DNA from: a virus
Lineage: Duplodnaviria; Caudoviricetes
Length of the DNA stretch: 27,363 nt
Virus record (IMG/VR): IMGVR_UViG_3300028588_000077
Location: 1 to 27,363 of that record
Reading direction: 5' to 3' (one strand)
Part shown: in pieces, positions 1-8,014 of the stretch
Layout: each line of letters begins with the position of its first letter
Numbering within the stretch: the first letter of the stretch is position 1
Notes under the pieces: generated by a model
Databases searched by the model: none
The model's input: the letters and a program-made list of their open reading frames with translations, nothing else
Told to the model about the DNA's origin: nothing
Translations under genes and position numbers: made by a program

Positions 1-1252
1 GCATCGTGTCGATCTGCACCGGCTCGGCGTTCAGACGGTAGGTGGACAACGTCGCGGCGTCGGTCTTGGTGGTGGTCAGCCACTCCTCGGTAAAGAGCGC
101 CTTGTGCACCTCGGGCAGGTTGGCCAGCGTGCCGGCGTCCTGAACCGTCCAGTTCTTAGCGAAGCCCAGCTTCACGGCACCGACGACGTCGGTGCGGCCG
201 GTGGGCTGCAGGGTGCCGTCGAGCATGTGCTCCGGCCGGATCGCCACCGGCGTACCGGTACCGGGGAGAGCCACCTGGATCAGTCGCATCAGGCCCAGGC
301 GCGACATCACCAGCTGCGCGCCGAGGCTGCCCAGCAGCATCTGGCACGCGGCCAGCACGTTGAGCCGGTCGGTGGAGTACAGCCCCATCGGCTGCGGATG
401 CGCCACGTCGAAGGCGCCGATGTTCGCCAGGTCGAGATCCGCATCGGCGAAGCGGTCGGCAGCCTTGCCATACCGCGTCACCAGGCGCCTGCACATCGTG
501 GCCGCGGTGTCGCAGTAGCCGCCGGTGTTGTCGCCCTTGACGGACAGCGTCACGGCGCCGGCCGGAGTCGATTCCAGCGTCACGGTGCCGGCGGTCGGGT
601 TCGACGTCATCGCCACCGGTGCGCCGTTGTCGCGCCCCTCGTTGGCGATGACGCCCTCCGCGGACGCGCAGTGGTAGCCATAGGTCAGCAGCGCTGGGTT
701 GACCGGCAGCGGCGTGATGTTCGACACCTGGCCGATCGCGAACGGCAGCAGCGAATCCTTCTGCTCGGTCTCGCCGCCCAGTTTCACCTCGGTGATCGCG
801 GTGTTCAGGCGCTGCAGCTTGTCGCGCAGCTTCAGGAGCAGCGCACTCCGGCCGCTTGGCGCGATGTCGGCCACGATGCCATTGAAGATCATGCGGAAGT
901 CGGCGCGCGGCCAGCGGACGTCGCCGATGTACGCCTTGAACTCGCGGTTCTTCCACACGTAGCCGGCGCCAGCCCAGCCGTCGCGGACGCCGGCGGTGTT
1001 GTCGATCACCACGTCGCCCGTGGAAAGTGCGCCATCGCCTTCCAGCGAAAGCCGCTCGGTGAAGATCGTCCCGACGGTGGCGATCGGGAGGTATTGCGTA
1101 TTGGCCGGACTGTCGGCCGGCGACGTGATATACGTCTTGGTCCCCATATAAATCATGGTTTCCACGCCATCCACACGCGCCATCGCCTCGATCAGGACGC
1201 AACGATATGCAGCCGGGCTTTGCAGCCAGGCCAGGAACTGAGCATCAATCAT
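1..1252 (-). CDS. Phage tail tip/minor tail protein (partial, runs off the left edge)
   Basis: Manually translated frame MIDAQFLAWLQSPAAYRCVLIEAMARVDGVET... is open to position 1; its ATG (1250-1252) overlaps the tape-measure TGA (ATGA); absent from the ORF track because its stop is outside the window. Confidence 0.8.
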   Translation of the reverse strand, partial: MIDAQFLAWLQSPAAYRCVLIEAMARVDGVETMIYMGTKTYITSPADSPANTQYLPIATVGTIFTERLSLEGDGALSTGDVVIDNTAGVRDGWAGAGYVWKNREFKAYIGDVRWPRADFRMIFNGIVADIAPSGRSALLLKLRDKLQRLNTAITEVKLGGETEQKDSLLPFAIGQVSNITPLPVNPALLTYGYHCASAEGVIANEGRDNGAPVAMTSNPTAGTVTLESTPAGAVTLSVKGDNTGGYCDTAATMCRRLVTRYGKAADRFADADLDLANIGAFDVAHPQPMGLYSTDRLNVLAACQMLLGSLGAQLVMSRLGLMRLIQVALPGTGTPVAIRPEHMLDGTLQPTGRTDVVGAVKLGFAKNWTVQDAGTLANLPEVHKALFTEEWLTTTKTDAATLSTYRLNAEPVQIDTM

Positions 1253-4200
1253 TCAGGGAGAACCCTCATTTCAGTTGTGGCGGCGGCTTTCACCGCACCC
1301 GAGATCTTGTCCGATGAGGAAGCTGCGGAGCCCTGCACAGCCCGGATGAGGTCCCCCGTCTGCTGACGCTGTTCCGCCCGGAGCATCGCGTTTTCCGAAG
1401 ACAGCGACTTGACTGCCGACACCAATGCTTCAGTGTTGGCAGTGCCGTACGAGCTGTACGGAATCGGCGTGTTCACCGGCGGCGCCACGGCGGTCAGCGG
1501 TACGGTGTTCTTGCTCGATGCTGCGTTCAGCTGCAGGATGGCCTCGCGCACGGACAGGACTGACTTGTTCACCTCGATCAGGCCAGAAACCGAATCCTTC
1601 AGAGAATCGAGTTGCGCTTGGCCGACGTCGACCTGCTCCTCGGCCCACTTAGCCGCATCTTCGGTGGCCGCCTGCGCATACTGGAAGTCCTGCGTATAGC
1701 CGATGCTGCTGGCGTACATCACGCGTGAAGCTTCCAGGAACGAGATGTACGCATCCTGGTATCGACCTTGCGCATCCGCGTCACCACCGCGGGCGGCAGC
1801 GAGCACTGCGTCATATTGCGATTTCGCCTCGGCATACTTTTGCTGAGGTGACAGTGGTGACAGATCGCCTAGCAGAGCACTGTCTTTTAGATTGCGTAGG
1901 CTCGTAGCGAACGAGCCCATACGACTGATCGTTGCCTTCAGCGCCTCAGACTCGGCGTTGTACGCATCGGTCAGTGCAGATCGGTAAGACGCTAGGTCGA
2001 CGGTTACCGTTTGACCGTCCTGATTCACCTGCGCGAACGCATCCGCAACGCCGAGCAGCACCGACACGGCTTCGGCGCCTCTTTCGCCCATCCGCATCTG
2101 CGCCTCGACCAGCGCCCGGAACCCCTCCCGGCTAGTTGGCATTTGTAGATTCACCGAGGCCAGGGCCTTGGCAATCTGCTGGCTCGCGGCCGCGTTCTTC
2201 TCTGCCTCCGTGTAGAAGGCGTCATAGTACGAGCTTGCGTTTGAGAACAGCTTGTCTATTCCGCCCGATGCTGCCATCAGCGCGCTAACTGCGGTATCGC
2301 TCAGGCTGGAGAATCCGACCAGCTGCACGCGCATCGCCGCCAATGCCGACTGCGTTGCGTTGATCTGATCGACAACTTTGGCCAAATCCTCCAGCGAGGC
2401 GTCCTTCGCGATGCCGTTGAGCATCGTCTGAGCCCATGCAGGCAGCCCGATTCCATCCAGAGCGGTGCGGACTGAGCGGCTCAGCAAGCCCAGGTATTGC
2501 TCCTGCCCTTTTTCGCCATCGGCAAACTCGCGCGGAGCCCACTTCGATTGCCGCGTGTCGTTCCAATCCACGACGTCCTGACCCATCTTTTGAATGACCA
2601 GCGCGCCCCAGGCCCCATCCTTGCTGGTGTCGTCGGCGAATGCGGTCGCGGCTGTATAGCCTGCAGTTTTACCGAAGGCTAGTGCAGTGCTGTCCAGAAT
2701 ACCGACGATCCCCGAAGCCAGCTGCGCCGTCATGCTGTTGACTTCGTTAGACACTTTCGTGTGCTGAAAACCCAGTGACTCGGCTTTAACCGTGTTGGCG
2801 CCGACGGATGATGCGCTCGCCGCACCGCCGGTATGGCTTGTCCCCGACGTGTCGAACTTCTTCCACACCGCCACCGCAGCACCGATCCCGAGAGCGATCG
2901 GACCGAGGGCGCCGGCAATGGTGCCAATGCCTGCAGCGATACTCGAGGCTGTCCCGGCACCGATTGCGGCAATGCCGCCAGATACTGCGCCGCTGATTCC
3001 AGCGAGGCCACTTGACATAAGTGCGCCAAACCCGGCCTGCATTCCCAGCCCAGCTGCACCAAGCAAGCCAACTCCGGAGGTTAGCGATCCAATGGTGCCC
3101 AACGTGCCGACCGCACCACCAAGCCCACCTCCACCAGTCGCCGCCGCTGCATTGCCCGTGAGGCCCAGGGCGCCAGTCACAGCACCAGCGACTGGATTGA
3201 CAATCGCCGACACGATCGGTCGCAGCACCAAGGTATTAAACATGTTCCTGATAGTGTCGACCAGATTCTTGCCAAAGCCCTTGCCGGATTCGAAGCCACG
3301 CATAAGCGCGTCCGTTAGGGATTGCTCAATCGAATCTGCTGCACGCTTCCATTCCTCTTTCGCCGTAGCTGCATTGTCAGCGACCACTTGCTTTTTGGCG
3401 CCGGATCGTTTTTCAGATGCGAGCTCTCTTAGTGCCGCAGCCTGGTCGCGATAGCCCTGAGCCATGCGCCCGGTCAAATCGAGGCCTTCTGCGATGCCGG
3501 CCTCCTCTTCCTTGCGTAGCGCCAGGCTTTCAATCCTCGCTATTTCAAGCTCGGCAAGTGCGGCGGTAGTCAGCCCGATCTCCGCATTTTGTTGCTGCTG
3601 CGCCTGAACTTGCTTTGCTATCGAGTCCAGGTCTTTATTCAGGGCATCGGTAGCGGCTGCAATAGCCTTGGCATATTCTTCCGTTTCCTTTGCCGTCTCA
3701 TCCATCAGCTTCTTTGCTTCAGGCTGCTTAGCGATCAGCTGGGTAACCAGATCAACGTATTGTTCCTCCGTGACCAGACCCTTTTGACGCATCCCGTACA
3801 AACGCGAAAGGTCTTCCATATATGTGGCTGTCACACCTGATAGCTCGGCCAGTGTCTTTGCCTGGGCCGCATGTTCTTTGTTCGCAGCAGCGGCCTGCTT
3901 GGCTACCTCAGCGGCGCTGAGCCCAACCGTTGTCGAAGCCTTTTTGATGCCCACCATGGTGTCGATCATCTTGTTGCCGCCGTCAGTCCATACGTTCACG
4001 ACGCTATCCCAAGCACCGGTCCAGCCTCTGCCGACGTCCTTGGCCACGTCGACAACCACGGTCGATGTCGACGCCGCCGTTTGTTTTATTGCGTCCCATG
4101 CGCCCTTAAAGTCGCCGCCGGCTACCTTCTGCAAGACCTCGATGGCGCCCGTAAGGTTGGTCGTAACCATCGCAGCGAAGCCGCCGATGACCTTGCCCAC

Positions 4201-5037
4201 AGTCTGAAAGGTTTGAACGGCAGGCACGCCAACGGTGTAAATCGCCTTGAACACACCAGCGATCAACTGCCCGACCGTCTTGAGACGGTCTCCTTCGGTC
4301 ATGGCAGTGAGAAAGGAGCCAGCCAGACTGCTAAGCGTAGGGAGGAGCTCAGCGGCGATACCGCGCGCAACACCTTGACCGCCGAGCATCAGGAGGTCGA
4401 GGGTATCGTTGAAAGCGCCGGCCTGCTCGACCGCCTCATCGCTCAGTGTGAGACCGAGCTTCCCGGCCATCTCGTCCAGCTCTCGCATTCCTTCCGAGCC
4501 GCTGTTGAGCATAGGGATCATGTCAGCACCCGACTTGCCAAAAATTGACATAGCCAGTGCTGTTTTTTGAGCACCGTCTTCCATTCCTGCGAATCGGTCG
4601 GCCAACTCGTACATCACCTGCTTATTGCTTTTCAGGCTGCCGTCCAGGTTGCGCGCCTTCACGCCAAGCTTTTCTAGGCCCTCGCTGCCGTCGACCAGGG
4701 CCTTCGACAGTTTGGACTGAGTGCTGGCCAAGGCATCAGCTTCCATGCCGCCCATTTGGTAGGCCAACTCCAGGCCGGCTAGGTCCTTGATTGCGATGCC
4801 GGTTTTCTGGGACAAGTCGCTGGCCGCGTCGGTTGCGTCAATTGCACCTTTGATCCAAGAACCGAACGCAGCAACGCCAGCCAGGACGGCGAGCGCGCCG
4901 ACTGATTTCGCCAGTGCTCCGATCTTTGCGCCCATACCACCCATCGAATCACCAACGCTCTCGATGTCCCGCCGCGCCTCGCGGGTTCCGTTCACATCGA
5001 AGATTACTTCGGCCCGAGATCCACCCACCAATGACAT
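1249..5037 (-). CDS. Tail length tape measure protein
   Basis: About 1260 aa, Ala/Gly-rich helical protein directly after the tail chaperones; start moved to MSLVGG (5037), which has an AGGA SD. Confidence 0.93.
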   Translation of the reverse strand: MSLVGGSRAEVIFDVNGTREARRDIESVGDSMGGMGAKIGALAKSVGALAVLAGVAAFGSWIKGAIDATDAASDLSQKTGIAIKDLAGLELAYQMGGMEADALASTQSKLSKALVDGSEGLEKLGVKARNLDGSLKSNKQVMYELADRFAGMEDGAQKTALAMSIFGKSGADMIPMLNSGSEGMRELDEMAGKLGLTLSDEAVEQAGAFNDTLDLLMLGGQGVARGIAAELLPTLSSLAGSFLTAMTEGDRLKTVGQLIAGVFKAIYTVGVPAVQTFQTVGKVIGGFAAMVTTNLTGAIEVLQKVAGGDFKGAWDAIKQTAASTSTVVVDVAKDVGRGWTGAWDSVVNVWTDGGNKMIDTMVGIKKASTTVGLSAAEVAKQAAAANKEHAAQAKTLAELSGVTATYMEDLSRLYGMRQKGLVTEEQYVDLVTQLIAKQPEAKKLMDETAKETEEYAKAIAAATDALNKDLDSIAKQVQAQQQQNAEIGLTTAALAELEIARIESLALRKEEEAGIAEGLDLTGRMAQGYRDQAAALRELASEKRSGAKKQVVADNAATAKEEWKRAADSIEQSLTDALMRGFESGKGFGKNLVDTIRNMFNTLVLRPIVSAIVNPVAGAVTGALGLTGNAAAATGGGGLGGAVGTLGTIGSLTSGVGLLGAAGLGMQAGFGALMSSGLAGISGAVSGGIAAIGAGTASSIAAGIGTIAGALGPIALGIGAAVAVWKKFDTSGTSHTGGAASASSVGANTVKAESLGFQHTKVSNEVNSMTAQLASGIVGILDSTALAFGKTAGYTAATAFADDTSKDGAWGALVIQKMGQDVVDWNDTRQSKWAPREFADGEKGQEQYLGLLSRSVRTALDGIGLPAWAQTMLNGIAKDASLEDLAKVVDQINATQSALAAMRVQLVGFSSLSDTAVSALMAASGGIDKLFSNASSYYDAFYTEAEKNAAASQQIAKALASVNLQMPTSREGFRALVEAQMRMGERGAEAVSVLLGVADAFAQVNQDGQTVTVDLASYRSALTDAYNAESEALKATISRMGSFATSLRNLKDSALLGDLSPLSPQQKYAEAKSQYDAVLAAARGGDADAQGRYQDAYISFLEASRVMYASSIGYTQDFQYAQAATEDAAKWAEEQVDVGQAQLDSLKDSVSGLIEVNKSVLSVREAILQLNAASSKNTVPLTAVAPPVNTPIPYSSYGTANTEALVSAVKSLSSENAMLRAEQRQQTGDLIRAVQGSAASSSDKISGAVKAAATTEMRVLPE

Positions 5038-5050
5038 TTTGTATCCTGCT

Positions 5051-5434
5051 CTAAGAGTTACGGCGCCGAGCCCATTCGTCGAGGGCCGCATGTTCCATGG
5101 CCTGCATCAGCCGGAAGATTCGATTTCTGTCGCGATAAGGTATATCTCCGCGTCGAAGGCAAACATCGACACCGGCATAATTGAGCCCGACGGGGCCGGC
5201 ATTCCCAACGGTCCACTGAGTCTGCAGTTCAAGCCAGAAGAGAAACGCTTCTTCATTCTCCGGCCATAACCAAACCTCATCCGCCTCAAGTTCCAGACTG
5301 CCCTCGATGTACAGGCCCAACAGCGCGAGCCCCTTTTCTATCTCCGACTTAGGCTCATCCGTAGTGAGGCCCAGGAATTCCTTGAGGCACAAGTTGCCGC
5401 GTGCGTGGAAGCGCGCGGCCTCAATCAGTTTTTT
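5051..5434 (-). CDS. Tail assembly chaperone T segment (DUF1799-like), reached by -1 frameshift from the upstream G gene
   Basis: WPENEEAF...LQTQW...GPVGLNYAGV...LMQAMEHAAL motifs; frame is -1 relative to the upstream ORF and overlaps its slippery end. Confidence 0.8.
   Translation of the reverse strand, partial: KKLIEAARFHARGNLCLKEFLGLTTDEPKSEIEKGLALLGLYIEGSLELEADEVWLWPENEEAFLFWLELQTQWTVGNAGPVGLNYAGVDVCLRRGDIPYRDRNRIFRLMQAMEHAALDEWARRRNS
5396..5434 (-). other. Programmed -1 ribosomal frameshift signal (A AAA AAC plus downstream hairpin)
   Basis: Minus strand reads GCA AAA AAC TGA; heptamer at 5428-5434; GCCGCG/CGCGGC stem (5396-5419) starts 8 nt downstream. Confidence 0.85.
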
Positions 5435-5757
5435 GCGACGGCCCCGATATTGCTGAGATATGCCTTGGAGCACACCGACGCCAGACCGGGCTGCTCCAGC
5501 ACGTCGGCGAGACTTTCGCCCGTAAAGTCGAGTGGAGTGCCTTGATCATCCAGGACGCCTTCCCAGCCAATCGCAACGCGTTGGATGAACGCAGTTACCG
5601 ATTCATCTTTATCTTCCAAGACGGCCTGGACCTGAGCCTGGCTGAGGCGGATGCAATGCAAGGTGAAGTCGAAGGGAACAGGCTTTCCGTCTTCGCCCTT
5701 GATATGGCCCTTGACCTGGACCGGAAGCTTTTCGCGTTTTACGAGTTTGAATGCCAT
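5425..5757 (-). CDS. Tail assembly chaperone G
   Basis: MAFKLVKREK..., with the GWEGVLDDQGTPLDFT motif; lies between tail tube and tape measure. Confidence 0.85.
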   Translation of the reverse strand: MAFKLVKREKLPVQVKGHIKGEDGKPVPFDFTLHCIRLSQAQVQAVLEDKDESVTAFIQRVAIGWEGVLDDQGTPLDFTGESLADVLEQPGLASVCSKAYLSNIGAVAKN

Positions 5758-5789
5758 GGGTTGCTTACTTTCGTTTTTGGTGGGTTGGA

Positions 5790-6755
5790 TTAAAGGCAGA
5801 CCAGCTTCCACTCGTCATTGCCGGCAGCCGTTGGCACGAAGCGCAGGTCAAAGCCGATAAGGCGCTTGCCGTTCTTGTCGACCTTCTTTGGGTTGGTCAG
5901 CTGGACGTTCGGTGCGAACACGATGACCTTGTTGCCAGTCGCGGTGCCGATGGTGAACGCCAGGCTGCGCGACACGTTGCCGATGACGTCGGCCATCAGC
6001 GCGACTTCCTGGGCTGCGTCGAGTTCGATCTCGATCGAGCCGGACGAATCGCGGTCGGTAATATCGACGGTCTCGCTGTTCAGCAAGGCGTTGAAGTTCA
6101 CCGCGTTACCGAAGTTCAGCTCCAGGCCCGTGCTTGAGTAAACTGTGCCCGCGGACAGGGCGCCAGCGGTGTACGTCGCGCCCAACGTGATATCGATTAC
6201 GTTGGCTTTGGTCATCGGCACCGGCTTCTTCCAAGCGGTGTAAGTGACGCCGGTAGGGTTGCCCGTCACGATGCCGCCGTTGACGCCCGTCCATTCGAAC
6301 TTGAGCGTCGGGATCTCGCCGACCTTGGCCGACAGCGTGCAGTTGCCCATGCAATCGAGTAGCTTGTGCAGTACGCCGTCGTCGTAGTAGTACTGGGTCA
6401 GCGCCTTCAAGCCAATCGAGACGGGGCTGTATTCCACCCGGGCCGGCGTGGTCAGCGAGCCCTCACCAGCGGCGCAGCCTTGCAGCAGCACGCCCCAGGC
6501 CGCCGGCGTCGCCGCGGTGCCGGAGCCAGCCAGCTCGACGGAGTAGCTCACCTTCACGCTAGCAGGGCCAACCAGCTGCTCGCTACCGCCGAACGAACCA
6601 CGGATGACGTCGCGCGAAATGTTCTGCGCGTCGAGCGGCGTGATCGAAACGTCCTTGATCAGGATGGCGTTAGCGGCACCGGTTGGCGCAGCGTCGACGC
6701 CGGGGGTAGGTTGAACCTTGGCCGTGACGACCGAGTTCTTGATATAGCGTGGCAT
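5790..6755 (-). CDS. Major tail tube protein
   Basis: 321 aa, beta/Thr-rich; GGAG SD; canonical position before the chaperones. Confidence 0.85.
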   Translation of the reverse strand: MPRYIKNSVVTAKVQPTPGVDAAPTGAANAILIKDVSITPLDAQNISRDVIRGSFGGSEQLVGPASVKVSYSVELAGSGTAATPAAWGVLLQGCAAGEGSLTTPARVEYSPVSIGLKALTQYYYDDGVLHKLLDCMGNCTLSAKVGEIPTLKFEWTGVNGGIVTGNPTGVTYTAWKKPVPMTKANVIDITLGATYTAGALSAGTVYSSTGLELNFGNAVNFNALLNSETVDITDRDSSGSIEIELDAAQEVALMADVIGNVSRSLAFTIGTATGNKVIVFAPNVQLTNPKKVDKNGKRLIGFDLRFVPTAAGNDEWKLVCL

Positions 6756-6757
6756 CG

Positions 6758-6910
6758 TTACTCCTGTGGCGCGGCAGTGGGGTCAGTGGCCGGCGCAGCA
6801 GGCGCCGGGTCGTTCGAGATCCATTCCCAGGCCGTTTCGTCGAAGTGCCAGGAACCGCCGCCTGGCAGCGGTGGGATCGGCCGGGTTTCCTGTTTGGTAA
6901 GTTCGGTCAT
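6758..6910 (-). CDS. Small Pro-rich hypothetical protein (50 aa)
   Basis: MTELTKQETRPIPPLPGGGSWHFDETAWEWISNDPAPAAPATDPTAAPQE; fills the gap between flanking genes almost exactly; not in the ORF track. Confidence 0.7.
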   Translation of the reverse strand: MTELTKQETRPIPPLPGGGSWHFDETAWEWISNDPAPAAPATDPTAAPQE

Positions 6911-6911
6911 A

Positions 6912-7343
6912 TCAGTTCAGGGTTGAGTTGTTGGTCCGATGGTCGGCCACATAAGTGATCCGTACCCATCCGGTCTTTTTTCCTTCGACCGAGTTATCAG
7001 CCTCGACGCCAACGACGGTCAGATCACCGACCACGCCGCCCAGCGTCGGGTCTTGCGCCAGGCGCTCGAACACCGCGAACATCAGCGGGTCGACAGCAAG
7101 GTCACCGCTCTCGGTCATGCTGCGCGCCAGGCACTCGACACTGATTGTCGAGTTCCAGTCGATCGGCGCGCCAGCGATAGTGTCCAGCTGCGGAAGCGCC
7201 CGGTTGAACTCGACGTTGATCGCGCGGTCGACCTGGTCAGGAACGATGCTGCTCGACGACCGATAGATCTTTTCGCAAACCGCAGGCGCGGCCGACAGCT
7301 GCGCAATAACCGCGCTGACGATGTCGGCAAACGCGGTCCTCAT
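6912..7343 (-). CDS. Tail terminator/completion protein (lambda gpU-like position)
   Basis: Start MRTAFADIV at 7343 overlaps the upstream stop (ATGA); DPTLGGVV motif; synteny. Confidence 0.7.
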   Translation of the reverse strand: MRTAFADIVSAVIAQLSAAPAVCEKIYRSSSSIVPDQVDRAINVEFNRALPQLDTIAGAPIDWNSTISVECLARSMTESGDLAVDPLMFAVFERLAQDPTLGGVVGDLTVVGVEADNSVEGKKTGWVRITYVADHRTNNSTLN

Positions 7344-7636
7344 TGCGTGCGTCCAACAGTCAGCACCGTGATGCCAGTGCCGTCCGGGCTGGCAGTGATC
7401 ACGATGTACGGCACGCCGTTGATCGTGATCTCCTGCTCTACCGGATCGACCGGAAGCGCTGTGCTGGCGACCTTCACAGTCGGAGTCACATCCGCCGCCC
7501 CCATGCCCAGATCTACGACGCTGGATGGGCAATCGAAAATGCCTGGTACGGTCGTGCCTGCGACGACCACCTGGGCGTTGACCAGGTGGCGCAGCACGGC
7601 TGCGTTCGCGGCGGCTTCGAGGGCGGCGAAGTTCAT
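7340..7636 (-). CDS. Head-tail joining protein (gpFII-like)
   Basis: 98 aa, ends ITINGVPYIVITASPDGTGITVLTV; synteny after DUF2190. Confidence 0.75.
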   Translation of the reverse strand: MNFAALEAAANAAVLRHLVNAQVVVAGTTVPGIFDCPSSVVDLGMGAADVTPTVKVASTALPVDPVEQEITINGVPYIVITASPDGTGITVLTVGRTQ

Positions 7637-7645
7637 GACAGCGGG

Positions 7646-7978
7646 TTAGCGGACGACGCCGTCCAGCAGCACGCGGGCGATGCTGTCGGATGCCGTCTTG
7701 GCGACAGTGAAGGCGCCCACCAGGGTGTTGTTGGTTGCCGTGGTGGTGATGCGGCTGTTGGTGTTATCCCAGTACGCTTTCGCGCCTTGGTTAGCGGTAT
7801 CGGCGCCAAGGGCCTTGATTTCGAACTCGCCTTCGCGGTCGATCTCGACCGGCGTGCCCTGCAGCGCGTCGCCAGTGGCCACGCCGAACAGCGCGCCAAC
7901 CAGCACGCCCTGGCCGCTGAGGACCAACGCGGGAGCGATAACGCTGATGACGTTACCTTTCTTGATTTTGTTACGCAT
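7646..7978 (-). CDS. DUF2190-family capsid cement/decoration-like protein
   Basis: APALVLSGQGVLVGALFGVA...EGEFEI...GAKAYWD pattern; follows the capsid gene; AAGGA SD. Confidence 0.85.
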   Translation of the reverse strand: MRNKIKKGNVISVIAPALVLSGQGVLVGALFGVATGDALQGTPVEIDREGEFEIKALGADTANQGAKAYWDNTNSRITTTATNNTLVGAFTVAKTASDSIARVLLDGVVR

Positions 7979-8014
7979 GTGCTTTCCTTAATCAGGTGGT
8001 TGAGGAACAGGCGC

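Noticed and set aside
104-1366. 420-aa plus-strand ORF and the 348-aa minus ORF 156..1202
   Set aside because: Shadow or off-frame ORFs of the real minus-strand tail gene starting at 1252; Arg/His-rich composition with no recognisable motifs
1850-5050. Apparently relaxed codon usage in the tape measure gene as a sign of recent exchange
   Set aside because: Visual impression only; needs a GC3/codon computation, and such mosaicism is ordinary in phages
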